Source: Styela clava | Taxonomy: Eukaryota | Reading direction: 5' to 3' | DNA: 64,000 nt | NCBI RefSeq assembly: GCF_964204865.1 | Contig: NC_135260.1 | Span: 6,944,001 to 7,008,000 of the forward strand | In this document: positions 21,901-35,700 of the stretch, piece after piece | How positions within the stretch are numbered: the first letter of the stretch is position 1 | Layout of the letters: each line of letters starts with the position of its first letter | The notes under the pieces: model-generated | The model's input: only the letters and a program-made list of their open reading frames with translations | The model's database searches: none | What the model was told of the DNA's origin: nothing | Program-made: the position numbers and the translations under genes

Positions 21901-24682
21901 AAATAAACTAGATTGTGCGGCGCTAAGTCAGTTCTGCGGTTCGTCACCGCTGTCACATGGCGAACGCTTGAAAATAGAGGATTGTTTTTACTAAAATAAA
22001 GCAATAAAACGTCTCTCCAAATGAGGAGTTACTTGACGCGAGCTTAAAGCACGAAGTTTAGATAAAAAGCACGATTGGATTGGTTCTGCACAAGACAATT
22101 CATTCTCCTTCTACTTATCACAGGACGTCATTTTCATATTGGCACCGTCTTGACGTTTATAGATACAACATTAACCGTGATCTAAAATAACTAAAAAATG
22201 CTCTGCCAATGAATATAAATATCTGCCAATGGTTTAGTGCACGCTAAAATTGTTCTGCGGGCGCGGTTCGGACCACCCTGATTTAATCCTATGAGAACCG
22301 ACAGGCGAACAAAGACTGCCGAATGATTTAAGTTTGTAAGCTTACTAAATAAACAAACCACAAATAAAATAATCTGCAAAGTAGGAGTGAAAGAAATAAT
22401 TTATTTTTGATTTGGCCTTCATACATTTGCGACGAAATATTGAAGTTTAGTCAAATGGAACATTTTAGCGTAAGATAATTTCATACCTCCAATCCTTTCA
22501 TATGATGACGAAACTCCGGGCATATGAAGCTGCATCCGCCATAGGCGGCATCGACATGCAACCAGGTTATATCTTCTGCTTGACCCGAAATGTTATGAAA
22601 ATGCTTTTTTTTTAAGCTTGTTTTATATAGCAATATTATCCCTTTCAATGATTTCAAACTTAAATAAACTTGTTGGTATACATCAAATGACGCGAGTGAG
22701 ACCACTGAAACAAGATAGTTCTCCTTCAGAAGGGTTCCAAGACTCTGAATATCTGACGAAACTCTGTGTCTGTTTATTCATTATTGTTTGCTTACAATCC
22801 GTTATATATATATTCAAACTCGTTTTGTCCTTTCATGACATATGGCTACAAAGAAATATATTATGACATAACAACTGAATAAAATATCGACAATTTTGGT
22901 CGGCACACGGAAGAATTTTGTCAATAAATTTAGCCGATTTTGGCACGCGAGTTGAAAAAGGTTGCCCACCCTTATTATAGTTAATTTCATGTTTGAAAAA
23001 AATATTCCCATACCTCTTATATATTAAAAAAGATTTTAAATACTGTGAACCAAATGTGACGAAGAAAATAAATTTCTTACAAACTTGTCCGATTTCTTCA
23101 AGATGGTCGAATGAAACACGTGACGTTGTTCCCAGGGTTGCACACACCTTAAAAATATTTGTTTATTTGTTTTATAAATTGTTACAACAAAACGGATTTT
23201 AATATCAGAAAAACAGATTTGTTTATAAAAACCTATTCTCTTTTGCACATTTGTTTTGCCCATTTCACCGCACATGTATGTTAATAAAAAGGTAATAAAA
23301 ATTTGCAAAAACACGTTAAAGACTTAAAATTAGCATAGGAATGTTTAATTTGTTAGTAGAATATCTCCCACATAAAACGGAATTTTTCCTGCATTCCTAT
23401 CTTCTGTTATTGCACGTTGCAAGTTATCACCACGCATAGACACGTTTTTATCCACTGGTATTTTATGAAGTTGTGTGAATCTCAATAAACCTATATAAAT
23501 TAGAAACAAATTTGATTCATGATGTTGAATATTTTAGTGTTTTACTTTTCAATAAATATTTCAATTTGAAATCGCTACTCACAAGCTCTCTCGACTGAAG
23601 AATGACTGTATTCTGAAGTGTATGCAACTAATTTTGATGCAAGTTCGTATTCAGAAACATCAGGATATTTTAAGCTAAGTGTCTTCAGTGCATTACTTTT
23701 TGCAGACAACAACGTCATCAATGTGCCTTCACTGCAAGATCCTGTAAAATTTGATATCAAATCAGCACACAATAGTTAAATATTTTTCATACTGTATGAA
23801 ATATATATAGCGATTGATACTGATAAAGTTTTTCTTAAAATTTAAAGTTTGACGTTTTTTTATTTATATATTTATTATAATATGTAATATGTTTAAATAA
23901 AGAATTGAGTACACAAAAATAATATTTTCATTTTACCTAGAATCACTCCGCACCCAGGACCAACACCTTCATGAAGAAAATCTTTAGGAAGATTCATAGC
24001 TTTAGCCAGCCAATCCAACATCAGGGTTTCCAGTTCTGCACAAGAAGGACTTGTTGCCTACAAGTAAAAAACTGAACTGACAATTTTGTTTTCGCCTATA
24101 TGATGTTTGTTTCACATCGTAATGAATTCTCAACTCCAAATTCAATATAATATAAATTCTCACTCAACTGAAAGTTAAACTTCCACAACCATCAATCAAC
24201 ATACTAGCTAAAGCAGAAGGATAGCTATTTGACGTTGGTAACTATGCGAAAAAATTGAAAGACCAATGTGTCATTTCTTTCATTATGATCTAGTCGAAAT
24301 CTTCAATCAAATCTTTCCATTTGCCGCCATGCTCTGGTGGATTACCAGGCAGAAGCTTTTTCAGGAAACCTAAAATGAAAAACACAGTTAAGTCGAATCA
24401 ACAATTCCTACTACACGTGAGAATACATATCACAACAAACCCCTAAATAATGAATCAAAGCAATTTAAGTAACTGCCCTGGTCGACATATACACATTTAA
24501 CTTTTCTTACCTGGCTTTACTGAAGGAAAAGCTTGTTTTCCTTCTAGATTTTGGTGATAATTTATTATATATTCCACGATTTCCTCGGCTGCATTTCAAG
24601 ACTCATTGTAATTCATTCCCATTCTTGCGAATCGTTCTGTTTCACCATTTGAATTTTCTGCATTTTGGCCATAACCAGTCAT
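18912..24682 (-). pseudogene. Full-length 11-exon aromatic-L-amino-acid decarboxylase (DDC/HDC/TDC family, PLP group II) pseudogene, copy A
   Basis: Exons 24511-24682, 24164-24369, 23937-24057, 23583-23741, 23372-23490, 23081-23147, 22487-22584, 21431-21498, 19902-19992, 19344-19565, 18912-19103 splice in frame. Motifs [43 protein letters not shown]. In-frame stops at 24596-24598, 24290-24292, 24242-24244, 24164-24166; exon-7 acceptor AG>GG. Confidence 0.95.
20422..21346 (-). mobile_element. Non-autonomous hAT element in intron 8 (same insertion as 4652-5637)
   Basis: TIRs CAGTATTTCCCAAA / TTTAGGAACCGCTG; perfect 8-bp TSD ATCTATGC on both sides. Confidence 0.9.
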
Positions 24683-25389
24683 TTTATTACTTTTACACTT
24701 CAAAGAGCCGCAGGTAACAGAAAATGTTTGAGATTAATAATTTTCAAATGTGGATGAAAGCCGCCTGACGAAAGATTGAATTTTCAGAAAAGATTTTTAT
24801 GTAACGAAAAATGGTTCCGAAATTTTTGCAAGCAGTAGCGAACGCAACCCAAATAAAAAACAATGCTTCAGCCATATAAGCTATTTCAACTACAATATTT
24901 TACACGAGGTTCGCAAAATTTCTTTATATCATGTAACATAGTAGTCACCATGTCGTACATGTCGTCGTGAAAGTTCTGCTTAATTTAACTTCTAGCATAG
25001 GAAACAAACGTCTTAAAACGTTTAACGTTCACAAAACATCATTAGTGCACTTACTCAGGCGGAAATATATAGAATATTAAGAAATTGGGAGACGTGTCGT
25101 TGACAGATTAATTAATGATAGTGCGTCCTGTCTCAAATATCGGAAACAGTTTTCTTATATGTCTGAATAAATTAGGATGAATCTTTGATCGCATAACTTA
25201 ATCGTTTTTCATAATATATGTTAACGCAATTTGGTTTGATTATCATGTTACATTGCAAAAATTGGGGAACCATAATTCACACGTTTTATAATTCTCTCAA
25301 GTTTCCACAGAAGCTCAAAAATCATTTTCATTTGATAACAGAACATTGCAAAAGCTACAGGGCTTTGTTCAACTATATATTCTCATATA

Positions 25390-25680
25390 CAGCGTGCATA
25401 TCGATTCATTTTAAACTTATATTACTTCTGGCACTGTAAAACAACATTCTGCTGAAAAAAGCTGTTGGGACAACAAATATCTTGACAATGTTTTGTAAAG
25501 TCATGTTACTATTAATCCAGCATTCATATAATTGGTATTCAGAAGACCTTGGATCGTGCATAGTTTTTTGACATCTAAGAAATCTTAATGATGTTTTCAT
25601 TATGTAAAAAAAAAGTTTAAAAATTTAATTTGAATAATTTAAAACAGTTTATGGCAAAATTGGCCTGTTGCACACCACTG
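25390..25680 (-). mobile_element. Decayed hAT fragment
   Basis: End CAGTGGTGTGCAAC at 25680 (-). Frameshifted peptide IVKIFVVPTA/FSAECCFT..KMNR resembles the hAT dimerisation motif. Other end not found. Confidence 0.35.
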
Positions 25681-26734
25681 TTATAAGCGGACTCGCTAAT
25701 GGCAAATTCACGCCAATTCATTTAGAAGAAAAAGAGACTTATCTCTGATATAAGTCACTGAGAACCACTGGAGACTGTTGCATAATTCTCAGATTAGGCT
25801 AAATAATTAAATAGTTCACTACTGTCCTTTTTAATAAAATGATTATAGCGTAGTTTTTTTTCATTATGAGACCTCTCAAGTACCGAGATTCTAGTCTATG
25901 AAACCGTGTGAGTAAGTGTGGTGGATTTCTGAAAAGATTGTTTTGTTCGATTAAATCAATGATGGAAAATTAAAAACGCTTTGCATTTAGCACTTGGGTG
26001 TTGGTTTCGGGCGGCGATTTCGTTCACCGAAAGCGTAGTTTGCTTCTCGTTTTATTTGAGTCGAAGGTCTTTGCCACAGAGTCAGAGAAGACGTAAAATG
26101 ACAAAACTATCTGAATCTCTAGTCAAAACCGAAGTTGTTTTTCCGGTGGAATTGGGAGTCGTTTGTTTCTAATTGATAAAATATATACAAAGACGATACT
26201 GAGGTGGGAGTTTACTGAATAATTAAGCGGGAGCACATATCAAGCATTAGAACTGCCAATGAAAAACTTTAATTAAGATACTTTAAATCTGAGAAGCCAA
26301 TTTAAAAGATTCGTCGGCAACAGGATTGATAAAATGAAAGCTCGCTTTATCTTATTTAAGCGTATTTATGTTGTAATGTTTGAGCGTTCAATTTAGATTA
26401 AGCTCTGGCTATTTGAATTATTACATTTCCATCATATTTAAATTAATCCTGTCCAAAGTTTTAAAAGCAATTAAATCTGAGTTAGTTTTGTTTACTGTTT
26501 AGTAACGCATTTCATTTTGCGGGCATATTTTACTCATTACATAGAAGCAACACAATCAACAAACAACTTCTCAAACATATCAATGATTCAAAAGATATAT
26601 TTTTGATTTTGTTAGAAGTTGAAGGAATTTATTTTCTCGAATAGCTAACTACCAGTATTACTGCGTGTAACGAAAATGCCTTTCTAAATTGATGGAACGA
26701 TATTCTGCCACTTTGGTCTTAGTATACTCCAGTG

Positions 26735-28082
26735 CAGGGATGGCGAACCACAAACCCGCGGGTCACAAAGTGACCCACTGCGTTTTATTCGTGACCCGCC
26801 AAGGCACTGATAAAATAAAAACTGCTAACATATCAGTGATAAAAATTGATAAAACCGGCTTCGAATTAATCTAACAATAACTAAACTATTTTAATGTACC
26901 AGCACTTGGACAGTCAGGGCTGCAATCGCTCACATTCAAATTGTTAATTTTCGGGCCGGAGAAGCATGTCTGCACTGCTGTGTACCATTATTCAGCTATT
27001 GGCTCTGACATCGTTTATGACATAACAATGCAATAGATCTGTTCATTTCTCGGTCTCTTTCAGATGTGCATCTGCAGACTGTTTTAGGGGTTATACGAGA
27101 ACTAGATGTTACATTACATTTTATTTGTTTCTAGCCTATAATTCCATTGAGAAAACAAAATCTTTCAGACTTGAAATAAAAACCTAGAAATCTGAAATAA
27201 CAATGGGGCAGTGTAAAAAGGCCTTAATGAAAAAAGGTATATCGCGAATCGCGCGCACAATTGATTGCATGCGGCTTCGTCGGTAGTTTCAAAACGGGAG
27301 AAAAAGGTACATTGCGCGCACAATTGACTTTGTTTCGATTTTGCACTTACTACGATGAAAATCTAACATAACACCAAATTTTGTGATTTACAATGTCTAT
27401 AAAAGCGTTTTCAATCTGAGGTGAGTCTGCTGAAACCAAACGTGTGTCATTCATTTTAGGTTTTAGTTTTAATATTTTAGAATGCCGCTTTTCAATCAAG
27501 AAATTTGAGTTGCGGATTTACCTCTTCGTTAATTATTATTTTTTAGCATTTCGTCGCCGATGACTATAAAATGGTAACATATTTTTCACATTGGACTCAT
27601 AATTCCCCACGAGAACAAAAAAGCAATTGACTTCGTCATTGTGTAACAATACATGTATATGCCGAGGGAAATTTTTGATTTAGGGAGAATAAACACCGGT
27701 GTAAAGATGTTTGAAGGTTCAAAAGTACGCCGCCATGCTGAGGAAAAAAAACGGCGATTGTAACAAAATGCAATCGCGCACATTATTAGCGGTCTTCTAA
27801 GTCTTCCAAAAATGTCAAAAAGGAAAATATTCGACCCCTAATTTATTAGTATGTTTATCAAGTGTCAAATTTACAGCTTTAGTGTATATAATTTATGTTT
27901 GAAATTTGGATATATTTATGACTTGTATTAAAAAAGGTTCAGCATTTAAATTGAGTAAAGTACTTTTAACTTGCTCAGGAATATTAATCTGAAAGTAACA
28001 ATTTTACATTTATTTTGGGGCTCCGTGAATAATGGTCAACATTTTCAAGGACTCCGCGACGCCAAAAGTTTGAGAACCCCTG
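26735..28082. mobile_element. hAT non-autonomous element, 1348 bp
   Basis: Ends CAGGGATGGCGAAC / GTTTGAGAACCCCTG; TSD CTCCAGTG / CTCTAGTG. Confidence 0.8.
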
Positions 28083-28144
28083 CTCTAGTGGACTTAGTTA
28101 GATATTTATATAGAATAAATGACGGCATTTAAGAAATATATATG

Positions 28145-28458
28145 CAGTGATTCTCAAATTTTAAACCCGGGGGACTTTTTAGAATTTGTCAAGTCTCGCG
28201 CCACCTCCAAAATAACTTGCTAACAATACGCTACAAATAAAAGATAATAAGACGAAAGTATGTTTTATTCAAAAAAAGACGTTGAAAATATGTGAATGGA
28301 ACCTAAATAATGAAATAAAAAAGAGGTTCTGAAATGTAAATATTCAAAATGGGGCGGGCAAGATCAAACCTAACAATGTTTTTTAATTAACTTCACGCCC
28401 CCTTAAATATTTGGCTACGTCCCCTTGTAGGACGCGCCTCATGGCTTAAAAAACAATG
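28145..28458. mobile_element. Degenerate hAT (Charlie-like) MITE
   Basis: CAGTGATTCTCAAA left end; degenerate right end CTTAAAAAACAATG; interrupts the copy-C 3' flank relative to copies A and B. Confidence 0.55.
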
Positions 28459-29546
28459 TATTAAGGAACAGTAGAAATTTTTCATTGTGTTCAGCAGCAA
28501 CTCTAACAAGTTTCAAGTTTCACACAGCTATAACTACAATATTTTATGTTGCTAGATTTAATAATGCAATTTATGTAGACTATCAATGTAAGAATTCTTT
28601 GCTCCCTCTGCTGTCATTTCTTGAGAACTCAGACTTTAAATAAAATTGCTTGTTCAGATTTGTTTATGCACACGAATAAATCAAATATCGGTAAACAAAC
28701 ACATAAGAGTAGTGTACTGTGATGGCAAATGTGAAAAAATCTGCAACTCCGACAATGCACTTACGACTAGATGTCGTCGCATGTGGGCGTGAGCGAATAA
28801 AAATTTTAGAAAATTGGATGAGGCGAACACGCCGTTATTAAAGCAACTATGTTCTATGTATATATCAAATTCCCATTTCCCATTTTCAAAAGGTAAAGCA
28901 TATATTATAAAACTAGATGAAAATATAATATTTCATCAAATTATTTTTATCTCAGTAACAGACATAAATTAGATTTTCACAAAAAATAAACCCTCCTGTG
29001 TGCAAACGTTAAAACTTCTATGATTCTTCTATAATAACTTGCAAAAAATGTCAATTCTGTATTTACTGTTTTGTCGATTATACCTCGACATCTGTTGTTG
29101 TAAAAATCACAATTGATGATCGGAACTTTGACGACATGAACAACGTTACAGCAGAATAAATGTCACGCAGAAGGCAAATATTAAAACTGTTATAGCATCC
29201 GATACCAGTAAAGTGAATAAATACCGTGTTTGCTGCTAAACATTGGTGCTTACTTTATTCAGTTTTCGAAATATTTAATTGTATATATCTTTGAAAATTC
29301 AATCATTGTTAATATAGCTCATTCAATGCTCTTTTCGGAACGAGTACATATCGCGGGGTACGCACCTGCGTAAAGTTTGACGCTAAGTTGATCGCGTGAC
29401 TTAACAATGCGCAAAGAATCAATGTAAAATGAGATGAAGGAAATCGTTGTTTGAGAAACCTTTGAGCCGGAAATAATTAGTTTTGTTTTGCTGATCATAC
29501 GATGCAAAGATCTATTGAAAGATCAAGTATGATGAGCACACAAGTA

Positions 29547-29794
29547 TATTTATGAAACTGGATTTTTCAACCCACTCTGGTTACCTATGACTGCAAGCGT
29601 ATAATATATAAAAGTAATGCCGAAGTTTGATGTAATTTTGTAAATAATGAATAAAGTTTGCTAAAATTTTACATCACCCCATTTACATTTATGAAATCGG
29701 ATTTTTAACCAACCATGATTGCCTGCTAGATAAAAGCGTTGCAGATATGTAATATATTTCAACTTGGAGTAAGTTTGATAAAATTTTTACATCA
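29547..29794. repeat. Diverged two-copy tandem duplication (~140-bp period)
   Basis: ATTTATGAAAxxGGATTTTT...AAGTTTGxTAAAATTTTACATCA at 29547 and 29687. Confidence 0.6.
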
Positions 29795-32700
29795 AAAACA
29801 CCCTATTTTGCCCTTGTCTTAGACAGATACAATTATTTTTCTTAAATCATGTTTTAAATAAATTTAAGATAAGTTCTTGAATTATAGATGCAAAATATTT
29901 TTTGTCTATAGGGATTATACCACTGAGTGAAATCAAAATGAACGACTCACTGATTATTATTTTTATTTTCTAATATATTTTTGTCCATTACCATTCTATG
30001 TAGCCACGATTTTACATATTTTCGAAATTATTTAAAACTTTCTAGTTGCTCAGGAATATATGAAAATGGGATAATGCCGGTTTTCATAAAATATGATGGC
30101 TTTACCTTTGAATATTAAAAATATTTACTAACGTCTGCCTCCATTAAAATATAATATTTTGTAAATGTATCTGATATGTGTCCAAACACCAACTTGATAT
30201 ACTTGCTTAAAATAACATTGTGTTTCCTTCAAAAATCAAATAGATTATTCTAGAAATCTAAATATATTTATTTTTTCCTATGACATAATGTATGAATTCT
30301 TTTGTTATATTTTCGGTTTTCAAACTTGTTTAAAATATCTTATCTGATGATGAGCATATTTGCAGAAATTAGCTATCAACAATGAGCCAATTTGAATATT
30401 AGTTTTGCGTTATTTTGTAGTTCACGGTGAACTCATGTGATCGCACCCAAATGACCGCTAATGCCCAGTGTTATACCACCAAAGCGTTCACGAGAGTTTG
30501 TTTTCAAATTTACATTACAATCATTCCGATTCACCGATATGATAAACGAGCAAAAATTAAAGTTTGAGAAATTTAATTGCAATTAAGCGATATTTGAACC
30601 ATGGCAAAACGTTTATCGCGATAAAAAATCGTTAACTTGTAAAAGAACAAAATGCTGCAATTGGTATAGTATGACAGGAATTTAGAAAATGTTATTTGTT
30701 TCGCTAATTCATATTATTTGTTCTAACAGGCGTGTAAAGACAATCAATGAACTTAATAGGACATCATAATTTTATTCTTTATTCTATATTTTAAAACCTA
30801 CTCGACAGTGTTGTTAATAATTATGTCAGTATACTGAAGTCATTCACATAGCTTTAGCACGACGCCATAAAAATAACGCCATCTCCTGTTACAAAATTTG
30901 ACACTGCTAATTAGGGCTAGGTATTGATGAATACCTGATGATTTCACAAACGAATCGAATAGTTATCAAACCTACAAATATCAAGTAATATTATTGTGTG
31001 TAATAAGGTATTTGCGTATTCCTGGCAATAAATCTCATTCTCAAGTTTTATCTGTAGCCCGGCACTAGGACAAATATTCGCCAAGCTGATTAAGATCGTT
31101 TATTCAATATTTTCCTACCAAATATTTTTAGAATAAATAAATGAATTTGAATTATTCATAGATATAGTATCTTAAAACTTATAGATCTTGTGTTCGAAAT
31201 CAGTAAACATCATCAAAAACTAATCAAAATCATGTTTAAATTTTTTATTTTCTAGTTTTTTTGTGCAGAGGCACATGTGCTGATTGATCCTTTGCTGCTT
31301 GGAGTAATTAGTTGTCACACGATTTATGACAATAACCCTAAAAAAATAATCAGTCAACAAAATGTGAGATCACCAAAATCTTCAGGATACTGTAATCGCA
31401 CATGTGAATAACTGCATGGGCACTGAAATCCTAGCTGATATATATGCAAGTTTGAATGCTTCCCGAGCGCAAGAAAGTATTTGTTTGAACACCTGGGGCC
31501 GGTTCAACTAGTCATTTTTTGTTTGCAAACTCTGTCCAAATTCTAACCTTAGTTGATTCGACATCAGATTTGATTACCTAATTTAAAATCTCCATCATCT
31601 TTTAACTAAAACTTTATAGACAAATTGAATTATTTTTAGCGAGTATAATCCACCGGTCTATAAATGTCGCATTGTGCAAAGATTTCTAAGAAAACACCAA
31701 CTTTAGTGCTGAGATTTTTATGCGATAAGTTCACAAATTGATCAGAACATCAACGTATACATAAATACATGACACGCGGAATGTGGAATATTTTAATTCT
31801 ACACCAAAATTTATTTGTTGTGCATAAATACCTGCTTGTCATAGAGTGGTTTTGATATACCAGTCATACCGGACAAGTCATTTTTCACACTATTGTCATG
31901 TATTCCACGTATTTGATATTTAATTGTGTTTAGTAAAAGCTATGAAAATGCAACTTTACACATCTGTATGAAGATAATTTAATAACTCATATTTTTTTTA
32001 AATATAAACTAATCGTTGCAATATCAAAATATGAAACGCAATATGTCAAATAAAAATGGAAATATTGTTGTTCGCTCATATGACAATTACAATTGCAGTG
32101 TTGCAAGTTGCACTCATTATCGATAACATTAAATAAACATATTTATATTAATTAAGTAAATAAGAATAGTCTTTATCAAGATCCGAATCAAATCATTGAA
32201 TCTTTGTTCAGTATGATGTGGTCAACTAATGATGCATTCAGGAGTACACGTCGATAATCAGTAGGTTGGGCAAATGATAGTGCATAATAAAGTTATTTTT
32301 ATATTTCGTTGGGATAAAGCTATTTTCATTATTTCACCGAGTGGAAAATAATCACTAAAAATAAACTATCCTCCTATAATTGATCATGATGGATATAAAA
32401 CGAAATGATAGTAAATTCGTTAAATTTTCGTGACTGTAAATTTTCGTTGTCGACCAGAATTACCACGAATCGAAATCAAACGAGATTCTTTTGACAAGCG
32501 ACTTCATAGATTCGATGTTTGTTTATCTCAAAACATACATCATGTATATTTATTCGTTTGCACATATTTTGGTGTTTATAAATAAACTTACCAAGACAGG
32601 ATATGTTTCAGGATACCAAACAGTAATAATGTCAAATATTTGTACCTGACGGTGCCTGGCAGAGTTGACAATGCCTTATTTCAAGCATTGGAAATATAAT

Positions 32701-35700
32701 TTTACGTCATACCAAATTCAACAGCATGTCAAATGTGGTCAACGGAGCTTACGTCTTTCAATAACATAACAATAAATATTTAAACATGATATGAGTAATG
32801 ATGAGAATAATCGGTGTCGTAAGCATCTTTTGCAATTGCACTGGTTGACCACTCCAGAAATTGGACATAGAAGGTGGTTGAGGAGATCGATAGGCTAACA
32901 ACAATATAATTTGAGCATACCTTAAAATATTTCAATAATTGCACTTCAAATAATGAAATAAATTACGTTAATCCAACAACAGTATAGCCATTTCATTTAT
33001 TGTACAGAGAAGAGAACGTGCCAAACGTTTGTTTTATGAGTTAACATTTTATTTGTTAATCCGTTTATTTCTTTCCTGTAACTAATCCTCTCTGTTCAGC
33101 TTTCCTAACTAGGCTGAATGGAACATGGACACAATAATACATAGTGAATATTTAGTTAACTGCTACACTAAAACTTGAAAATGACAAAATTCCCTTCAAA
33201 ACAAAATAAACTAATTTTTAGCCATTTTACCGGAAAAAAGTTGAAATTCGACTCAAGCAGGTTAGATAATATTATTTCATGATGATATTTGACAGTATAT
33301 TTTATCTTGACATTTTTCAATGTTACTCCCCTACTTTTTGCAATTTTTTTCAAAGATTTCCTTACAAGAAGATGAATAAGAAGTTTAAAATCAATCATAA
33401 TAACAAAATGCAACTGATCCGATATAAAAGTTAATTGAGTAAAAAATCCCACTGAGACACGAGTACGGAAAATTAAATATTTGGCGATGGAGAAGCAATA
33501 AAGCATTTGAGTTTACGTGAATTATTACACAAAATTTGATCGGTATTTAAAACATTTATTTTCATTTTAATTACGCAATCAAGAGAACAGAAAAGATAAA
33601 AAAAAAAGGTCTACACAATGAATCGAATAGATGCTGCCCAATTTTGTTTCGATTATTTGTTCGCTATTCTGTTTAGCAATTACAACCAGTTAATAATATC
33701 AGATTCGAACTCTGTAGGTATTAACCTGAGATAGTTTACATTGAATGTCATTATTCTGATATTATGGAAATAAGCTTAATTGCAAAGAATATTAACTTTT
33801 TAATTAATCTAGAATTATAAAGAGTTATATTATATTCTTGTCATTTTATGAAATAATTTTCACCACATTTGAATGAAATTGTCCCAAAGTAGTCAAATAT
33901 TGACGTGCGACTTTGTTTCGCAAACAACTATTAGTACTTGTAACCAAAAGAATGATTCATATAGATGTTTTTTGATTGATTTTTTTGTGGAACACAATAA
34001 AACTTGACTGCAGATGCGGTAAATTTTTTTTAATGTATAGTAACAATCATCATGCAAAATTGTATGGTATGAAATCGTACGAATCGACTGTGGGAAAACT
34101 AAATATAAATCTCCATAAATTGGAATGATTAGCAATAAAAATGCCACATCAGATTTGCATTCTGAAATCTGTATTAAAGAATAACAATCACACGCTTTAT
34201 TCCAATTTAATTCGGATTATATGTCGAGTCATATTGATGTATCAATAAAAATGCGGAGACTTACACAGACCGTCACTTGCTTTGTTTACTTGTATTGTTA
34301 TATGAAATGAAAAGTCAAAATCACAATTTTAAATTTCGAAACGTCAAGTGCATCGATAATCCAGTTGAAGTTGTACGTGTGCCCGTTCAAAAATGAGTGG
34401 GATAATATTTTAAAAAATATATATGAAAACATTTAGAGTAAAAAATGAATAATTAAAGAAAGTGTGGGAATAGAAAGACAATGAGTATATAGAAAAAAAT
34501 AGACAAGAAACGAATAAATTCATTATTGTTTATTTTAAAATCGCCTACGCAAAAATGCAACGTTTTAGCATAACGACAAATAATCCTTTTCTAGTGATAC
34601 TTAAACGCTAACTTTCTGGATGTTTCAAATATCGATCGAACTAAACGTGAGGTAAAAACACATTAAGCACGCATCCAATTTTGCCAAAGGTGGTTATGGC
34701 AAATACCACAAGGAGCAACGAGAGATTGATGTACATTTTAGAGATTTTTATATTCCAAAAATAGTGTCATTGCAATTTGCAAAACTACAATAATGGTATT
34801 GTATTATGGGATGAATGAATGGCTGGGATGAATAATGTGAAATTGAAGAAATTAAAATACGGAAAGTTTTTGGAACGCGATTTACAACAACAACAACAGC
34901 ATTTTATTTTTGTTTATAAATGGTATTCTAGTAAATTGAATGACCTTATCAAAAGACGATAAAATGAAAACAAAACAAATTAAGTTATTTTTTTACTGAT
35001 AAAATTGTTAAAATTATCTTATCTAAAGTAAACTGAGCCACTGAGAATATTCTTTGAACACCAACCGTGACAAATTGCCAATAATATGGTGTGATAAACA
35101 ATGCGATAAGTTTCTAAATCTCTCGCGATTTTTTCAGGTTTACCTGGCGAATTGCTTCAAAAATTTTATGACAGTAGACCGCATTTGCTAAAAATTTCAT
35201 TGTGTTTCAAGTAATCTTACGAAAAAAAATCGGTTTACAACCAATTCTGCTTCCCCGTGTTCCATGAATGATTGCAATGCTCATATTTATTTGCTTTGAT
35301 TGCTAAGTGAAATTGTGAAAAACCAGTTTTCAATAAAAGTAAATTGTGGAGCATTCCGACCTTTTAGATATACTTGGTGGTCCAATTATCCCAAAGAGTA
35401 TCAATTTTAGTGTCTTATTATCTAACCATTCTCCACAGAAATGTTTAGACGGCTAGGATAGATAAGAATCAAAAGGGCACCCACATTTACAGTAAAACCA
35501 CTTTTTGGTGCTTGTTAGTTAAATCATGGATTGCGATAAGAAACTTTATTTTGGGGTTATTATTATTATTTGGTGCATTTTATTTACAAACAAAAACAAA
35601 TATAAATTTAAGCTTGAGGTTATCTTGTTTTGTTTTTCACGGAAAAATGATAAAATTGCAGAGATATTTATGAATATAATCAAAGGAAATGCTATTGTGT

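Larger units (their letters stand above)
15936..22086 (-). repeat. Right arm of large inverted segmental duplication (partner 3777-8530)
   Basis: Same blocks in reverse order; longer than the left arm because of arm-specific insertions or deletions (~16520-16858, 17012-17247, 17298-18115, ~18200-18460). Confidence 0.93.
25991..28810 (+). pseudogene. Decarboxylase pseudogene copy C: degraded exons 10-11 plus 3' flank
   Basis: Exon-10 remnant 25991-26203 (HLGVGF...VVFPVELGVVCF, frameshifted). Exon-11 remnant from ~26542 (QLLKHINDSKDIFLI) is interrupted by a hAT at 26735. 3' flank homology reaches GTCGTCGCATGTGGGC at ~28775-28790. Confidence 0.88.

Noticed and set aside
18912-24682. Functional decarboxylase via stop-codon recoding or a non-standard genetic code
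   Set aside because: Stops are of two types (TGA, TAG), differ between copies and co-occur with splice-site loss and frameshifts; the KLF gene uses TGA as a normal stop.
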